Below, one piece after another: positions 59,077-64,000 of a stretch of DNA of 64,000 nucleotides (its first letter is position 1; each line of letters opens with the position of its first letter). A program made the position numbers and the translations under genes. The stretch comes from a bacterium. GTDB lineage: Bacteria > UBA8248. The notes beneath the pieces were generated by a model that searched no databases, was not told where the DNA came from, and saw only the letters and a program-made list of their open reading frames with translations. The stretch spans positions 1,184,001 through 1,248,000 of the forward strand of contig OZ244799.1 of NCBI GenBank assembly GCA_965219955.1, written 5' to 3'.

Positions 59077-60258
59077 ATGGCGAAAGGCGCACCGGCTGAA
59101 TCGAAGAATTTCAAACTTATAGGGCACGATCAGGACGCGGCGTGGGGAGGGGGCAGCATCGTCGAGGTGAAAAACGGATACGCCTATGTGGGTGCGGTGG
59201 GAACGGCGAGCTATGACGGGCCCGAGGGCTGGACCGTCCACGACGTATCCGACCCAAGCAAGCCGAGACGCATCGCCGAGGTGTTCGCGCCTCCCGGCCT
59301 GCACAATCACAAGGTTCGCATCGTGGGGGACGACCTGCTCTACGTGAATCACGAGCGACTCAAGACGCCCGAAGGAGAAGCGGCGAGGGCGGGCCTGTGC
59401 ATTTTCGATATCTCGAATCCGGCGGAGCCCAAAGAAGTCGGCTTTTTCGATCTGCCCGGCACGGGGCCGCACAGATTCGGCGTGGACAACGAACGCGGGC
59501 TTGCGTTCCTGCCGAACCATGCCGAGGGGTGGCGGAACCGGGTCATGTGGACTCTCGACATCACGAATCCTCTCAAGCCCGAGGTGCTCAACATCGTCGG
59601 CCTCCCGCAGCAGGATTTGAGCCTCGGTTACGAGTACGAAGAGCCTGAGGATTTCTCGCGTTCGTGGACGTGCCACGGCCCCGCCACCATTCGCGGAGAT
59701 CGCATGTACTGCGGTTTCTGGGGGGCGGGCATGGGCATTTTCGATTGCGCAGATATGCGAAACATCGAGTGCGTGGGGCGCCTTTGCTGGTCGCCGCCCT
59801 TCGTCGGTTCCACGCATACCGTGTGGCCGCTCGGCGACAGGCCGTACGTGGTGGTGACGGACGAGGCGAACTCGCAGGCGAACTACGAACACAGCCAGTT
59901 CATGTGGGTGGTGGACATCCGGGACGAGACGAACCCGATACCCGTCTCCACCTACATCCCCGACAGGGAAGAGAACATGAACCGCGGAGGGCGATTCGGG
60001 GCGCACAATATCCTGGAATATCTCCCTGCGGACGGTCCCTGGAAGGACCTTGTCTTCCTCACGTACTTCAATTCGGGGCTTCGGGCCATCGATCTGTCGG
60101 ACCCGTTCAAGCCTGAGGAAGTCGGACACTACATCCCCGAACTGAACTTCGGGAAGGACTACGCCCAGTCGAACGACATCGGCATGGACGAGAACGGCCT
60201 GCTCTATCTGATCGACCGGAACGGAGCGGGGATGCACATCCTGGAGTACACCGGGTAG
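59077..60258 (+). CDS. LVIVD-repeat beta-propeller protein
   Basis: Repeats DVSDPSKP, DISNPAEP, DITNPLKP, DIRDETNP, DLSDPFKP; GRFGAHN. Confidence 0.82.
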   Translation: MAKGAPAESKNFKLIGHDQDAAWGGGSIVEVKNGYAYVGAVGTASYDGPEGWTVHDVSDPSKPRRIAEVFAPPGLHNHKVRIVGDDLLYVNHERLKTPEGEAARAGLCIFDISNPAEPKEVGFFDLPGTGPHRFGVDNERGLAFLPNHAEGWRNRVMWTLDITNPLKPEVLNIVGLPQQDLSLGYEYEEPEDFSRSWTCHGPATIRGDRMYCGFWGAGMGIFDCADMRNIECVGRLCWSPPFVGSTHTVWPLGDRPYVVVTDEANSQANYEHSQFMWVVDIRDETNPIPVSTYIPDREENMNRGGRFGAHNILEYLPADGPWKDLVFLTYFNSGLRAIDLSDPFKPEEVGHYIPELNFGKDYAQSNDIGMDENGLLYLIDRNGAGMHILEYTG

Positions 60259-60322
60259 GCGGCGTGAGGGTGTGCTCAGGGCCCGCTTCTGTGGGCGGAT
60301 TCTTTGAAGCGAGGGGAGTGTC

Positions 60323-60760
60323 ATGAACCCGGGTGACTTTTTCGTCGTCTGCGCGGCCTCTTTTCTGGCCACCTACGCGCATCTCGTCTTCGCCCTGGTC
60401 GCGGACAAGATTGGCATGGTGAAGCTCGACTTCGGCAAGGGGGTGTCGATGCTCCTGTTCGGCGAGGCGTACGAGGGGAATCCGCCTTATGCGCTCGGTT
60501 TCATCGCCGTGCATCTGAACGGGGTCATATTCGGCTTGCTATACGCCACCTGGGCGGCGGGATGTCTTCCCGGGCCAAACGTCGTGCGCGGCTTGATCTG
60601 GGGCGGGGCGCTCCTGATTTTCTCGCAATGCGTCTTCAACCCGCTCATCACGGGGCACGGTTTTTTCAGCCGAAAGTTCCATCCCAGGGCGTGGCAGACC
60701 GCCGTGATCGCCCACGCCGTCTACGGCGGCCTGCTGGGCTGGCTCTCACCGATACCCTGA
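60323..60760 (+). CDS. Four-TM membrane protein
   Basis: Hydrophobic segments with VH..NG.IFG and AHAVYG. Confidence 0.7.
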   Translation: MNPGDFFVVCAASFLATYAHLVFALVADKIGMVKLDFGKGVSMLLFGEAYEGNPPYALGFIAVHLNGVIFGLLYATWAAGCLPGPNVVRGLIWGGALLIFSQCVFNPLITGHGFFSRKFHPRAWQTAVIAHAVYGGLLGWLSPIP

Positions 60761-60774
60761 GTCCAGGCCTCGTT

Positions 60775-61614
60775 CTATCTTCTCGCCCTGCTCGTCCTGG
60801 GCGCTTTCCTTTGTGACGCCCAGCACTTCGCCACGTCGACGGGTGCGGCGATCCAGGCGTCGCCCTTCGCGAGAATGTGCTGAATCAGCCTCTCCAGCAT
60901 CCGCATCCGGTGGTGCTGGCCGATGATCTGGGGGTGGCACATGATGTTGATGTATCCGCCTTCCTCATACGTACCCTCGAACTCCTCCACCCATATCGAA
61001 TAGACCGATTCGGGGTCGCGGATTCCGTGGCCGAGCGGCGGATTCGTGCTGTGGGCGAAGAAGATGAAATCATCGAGGCTCCACTTGGTGGGCAACTCGA
61101 CGAGGCCGCAATCGTGATAATAAGGCCAGTCGTCGTCCATCATGTTCGAGTGGTACAAAAGCCCGTATTTTTTGAGCAGCCCCATCGTGTGGACGCTCGG
61201 GTCCGCCGAGGGGGTGCGGGAACCCAGGATTTCCTGCCCCGTATCGCGTTTCAATATCTCGAGGGCGCGCACGAGCAACTCCTCTTCGCGCTCGGCGTCG
61301 CACATCTGGTAGGGCTTTTCGTGAATGTGGCCGTGGTGGCCGATTTCATGGCCCGCCTTCACGATGGATTCCGTCATCTTCGGCCATTTCTCCACCGTCC
61401 AGCTGGGGATGTAGAAAGCGCCGGGCAGGCTGTATTTCTTCAGCAGCTTGAGTATCCGCGGAATCCCCACCTTGGGGCCGTAGGCCCCCATGGAGTTGTG
61501 GATGGGGCGGCCCCCCAGCGAGGGGTCCCGGCCCATCCAGACCGTCTCGCCGTCCACGTCGAAAGTCAGACACACGGCGCATCGCGCCCCGTTTTCCCAT
61601 TTTACTCTAGGCAT
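60775..61614 (-). CDS. Polysaccharide deacetylase family (PuuE/CE4-like)
   Basis: TFDVD, YGPKVG, HEIGHHGHIHE, ELP, CHPQIIG. Confidence 0.88.
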   Translation of the reverse strand: MPRVKWENGARCAVCLTFDVDGETVWMGRDPSLGGRPIHNSMGAYGPKVGIPRILKLLKKYSLPGAFYIPSWTVEKWPKMTESIVKAGHEIGHHGHIHEKPYQMCDAEREEELLVRALEILKRDTGQEILGSRTPSADPSVHTMGLLKKYGLLYHSNMMDDDWPYYHDCGLVELPTKWSLDDFIFFAHSTNPPLGHGIRDPESVYSIWVEEFEGTYEEGGYINIMCHPQIIGQHHRMRMLERLIQHILAKGDAWIAAPVDVAKCWASQRKAPRTSRARR

Positions 61615-61645
61615 TCGTTTCCCCTCATGCGTTCTTATGAAAAGT

Positions 61646-62869
61646 CTATGAATCGGCCATTTTCAGCAATGTGCGCGCCAGGACGTCGCAGCCCCTGCAG
61701 GCGTCCTCCCAGTCCATGTCCTCTTCCTCGGAGTGACTCTTTCCGGCGACGCAGGGTACGAAAATCATGGCCGTGGGCCCCAAGTCTGCCGCATAGCGGG
61801 CGTCGTGCCCGGCGGCGCTCCACATGGATCGATGGCTGTAGCCTGAATCTTCACACGCGCTTCTGACGGCCTGCGCGACGCTTGCGTCGAACGCGGTGGG
61901 AGTAGAGCCGCCGACTTCCTGAATCTCGATATCGAGATTTTCTTTCTCCGCCTCTCTGTGCGCGGCCTCCTCGATGAGCTTTCGCGCCTCAGCGATCAGT
62001 TCCGGCTCGCTGTGCCTGAAATCGACCGAGAAGGTCACGTCATCGGGAATGACGTTAATCGCATTGGGGGAGAGGGAGAACTCTCCCACCGTGGCGACGA
62101 ATTCGGGATGCAGTTTTCCCGGGATTTCACGGATGGCCGCGATCGTGCGCGCGGCGCCCACCAGGGCGTCGCGCCGCATGTGCATGGGCGTGGGGCCGGC
62201 GTGGTCGCGCTCTCCCTTCATGGTGACCCGGAGCCAGGTCAGGCCGAAAATCCCCTCCACGACGCCTACCTGGATACCCTCGCTCACGAGGACGGGGCCT
62301 TGTTCGATGTGGAGTTCGAGGTATGACCCGACAGGCCCGGGGGTGCAGGGCGCATCTCCCCGATAGCCGATGCGCTCGAGTTCATCGATAAACGTCGCAC
62401 CATCAGCGTCTTTTGCCTCATAGGCGATCTCGAGCGGTATCGCGCCCGCGAACACGCCGCTTCCCATCATGGACGGAGGGAATCGGGGACCTTCTTCATT
62501 CGTCCAGTTCACGATCTCTACCGGGCGTCTCGTTGATATGTTCTTGTCGTTCAGTGCCCTTACGGCTTCGAGAGCGGCCAGCACGCCCAGCGAACCATCG
62601 AAGCGCCCTCCATTGGGCACGCTGTCGAGGTGGCTGCCCGCCATGGCGGGAGGGGCGTCGTTTTCCCGGCCTGCTCTCCTGGCGAACATGTTTCCCATCT
62701 CGTCAATCCGCGACTCAAGGCCGGCGTCGTCTGCCCACCCGGCGAATAGATCCCGCGCCTGTTTATCGGCGTCTGAGAGCGTGAGGCGGTTTACGCCGCC
62801 TCCTTTTGTCGCTCCGATGCGGGCCATCTCCTCCATGGACTGGCGAAAACGATCAGGATTGATTAGCAA
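61646..62869 (-). CDS. M20 Zn-amidohydrolase (allantoate amidohydrolase / N-carbamoylase family)
   Basis: GSHLDS, GRFDG, NEEG, ELHIEQGP, HAG, AGHDA, SHSEEE. Confidence 0.92.
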   Translation of the reverse strand: MLINPDRFRQSMEEMARIGATKGGGVNRLTLSDADKQARDLFAGWADDAGLESRIDEMGNMFARRAGRENDAPPAMAGSHLDSVPNGGRFDGSLGVLAALEAVRALNDKNISTRRPVEIVNWTNEEGPRFPPSMMGSGVFAGAIPLEIAYEAKDADGATFIDELERIGYRGDAPCTPGPVGSYLELHIEQGPVLVSEGIQVGVVEGIFGLTWLRVTMKGERDHAGPTPMHMRRDALVGAARTIAAIREIPGKLHPEFVATVGEFSLSPNAINVIPDDVTFSVDFRHSEPELIAEARKLIEEAAHREAEKENLDIEIQEVGGSTPTAFDASVAQAVRSACEDSGYSHRSMWSAAGHDARYAADLGPTAMIFVPCVAGKSHSEEEDMDWEDACRGCDVLARTLLKMADS

Positions 62870-62944
62870 TTCGAACCCTCGGGTGTTGGTTGTGGGAAAT
62901 GGAAAGCAAGCGGGGATGCCCGGTCTGCGATTCCCGCCGGGCGG

Positions 62945-64000
62945 TCACTTGTTCGCAACTACGATTTTCTCATAAACCTCTCGCACGCGGTCCGTATTTT
63001 CTTCATACCGGGCCAGCAACTTGGCATGGGCGCTACCGTCCATATCATCCACGAAATTCATCCGACGCGCCAACATGTCCATCGCCCGCCGCGTTTTCAA
63101 AAAAATGTTGATCGACTGTGCATTGCCGATGCGGAGCCGGTTCTCGACGAGGCGCAAGAAGCGGTATCCATCGAGTAGCGCGCCGGTGTCCTCGTCCGCA
63201 AGCAACCCCGCTTTGTTCAGCGCTTGCAATGCAAGGTAGGTGTTCGGAACCCGGAGTTCAGGATGCGCCCCGCCATTTCCTATCAGTAGATACTGCGTCA
63301 AGAACTCGATGTCGATGATCCCCCCGCGACCGAGCTTGATGTCGGCGATTCCCTCGTCCTCAGCGGAGAGTTCTTTTTCGATGCGCCCGCGCATGTGGCG
63401 AACCTGATCGACGAGGTCTGCGGGCGCTTCGCTCTCATATACGAAATCATTCACAAGCGCCATGAATTCCGCGCCGAACTCCTGCGATCCCGCAACATGC
63501 CTTGATCTTGTAAGCGCTTGTCTCTCCCATATCTCAGCCCGGTTCTCAAAGTAATCCATGAATACATCTATCGGCGCGGCCAGTGCGCCTTTTTCACCTT
63601 CGGGCCGCAGGCGCAGGTCCATTTCGTAGGTCCTCTCGCGCGTGGCCGATGCGGCGAGGCCGTCGCGGAGGCATGTGGCGACCTTGATGTAGAATTCATG
63701 ATTCGAGACGGATTTGTATTCTGCGGGTTTTCCGTCGATTTGTCCGCTCGTGTTGCCGGCGGCGCTGTAGACGAATATCAGGTCCAGATCCGAGCCATAG
63801 TTCATCTCCCCGCTTCCCATCTTGCCGAGTCCGATAATGGCGAACCGGGCTTCCGCCCCCGTTTCCGCCTCCATCGGGACGCCGTAGAGTTTGAGCATTC
63901 TCTCACGGGCAATCGCGTAGCCGCTCTTGAGCGTGGCTTCGGCAAGCTGGGAGAGGGAGGAGAGGGTCTCCAGGATGTCCGCCGCCCCGAGAATGCTTCT
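62945..64000 (-). CDS. glnE: Glutamine synthetase adenylyltransferase, C-terminal part (5'-truncated)
   Basis: GLGKMG.GEMNYGSDLDLIF, DLRLRPEG, WERQAL, KLGRGGIIDIEF; frame open to the window end. Confidence 0.92.
   Translation of the reverse strand, partial: RSILGAADILETLSSLSQLAEATLKSGYAIARERMLKLYGVPMEAETGAEARFAIIGLGKMGSGEMNYGSDLDLIFVYSAAGNTSGQIDGKPAEYKSVSNHEFYIKVATCLRDGLAASATRERTYEMDLRLRPEGEKGALAAPIDVFMDYFENRAEIWERQALTRSRHVAGSQEFGAEFMALVNDFVYESEAPADLVDQVRHMRGRIEKELSAEDEGIADIKLGRGGIIDIEFLTQYLLIGNGGAHPELRVPNTYLALQALNKAGLLADEDTGALLDGYRFLRLVENRLRIGNAQSINIFLKTRRAMDMLARRMNFVDDMDGSAHAKLLARYEENTDRVREVYEKIVVANK

Overview
GC-rich bacterial chromosomal window, densely coding (about 63 CDS, one tRNA-Gly(GCC)), with no CRISPR array, integrase or transposase seen. 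Housekeeping loci: pyrD-pyrK, ccsA-hemA-hemC-hemD-hemB, glnA with an OmpR/GlnR-like regulator, mtaB, pckA, a YgfZ/GcvT-family gene and a truncated glnE. There are many catabolic or accessory genes: thiolase, crotonase, acyl-CoA dehydrogenase, MeaB, LLM oxidoreductases, a coxMSDE-like operon lacking a large subunit, an ABC transporter and amidohydrolases. Signals the ORF track misses: (1) a DsbA/FrnE-like gene read through an in-frame TGA in a U-P-W-C redox motif (probable selenoprotein, 33651-34307); (2) a modular repeat system in which one terminal inverted repeat (GGG.CTGTTGAAAAA...TTTTTCAACAG.CCC) wraps three interchangeable REP-like palindromic cargos at five loci; (3) two genes whose conserved N-termini point to CTG or ATC start codons; (4) a candidate ART-fold toxin/antitoxin pair with a palindrome over its promoter; (5) two secreted proteins with TbpB-like barrels, one fused to a metzincin protease; (6) a 50-bp phased GATAAATT array present twice, 35 kb apart. 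All calls come from motif recognition by eye; no database searches were run.
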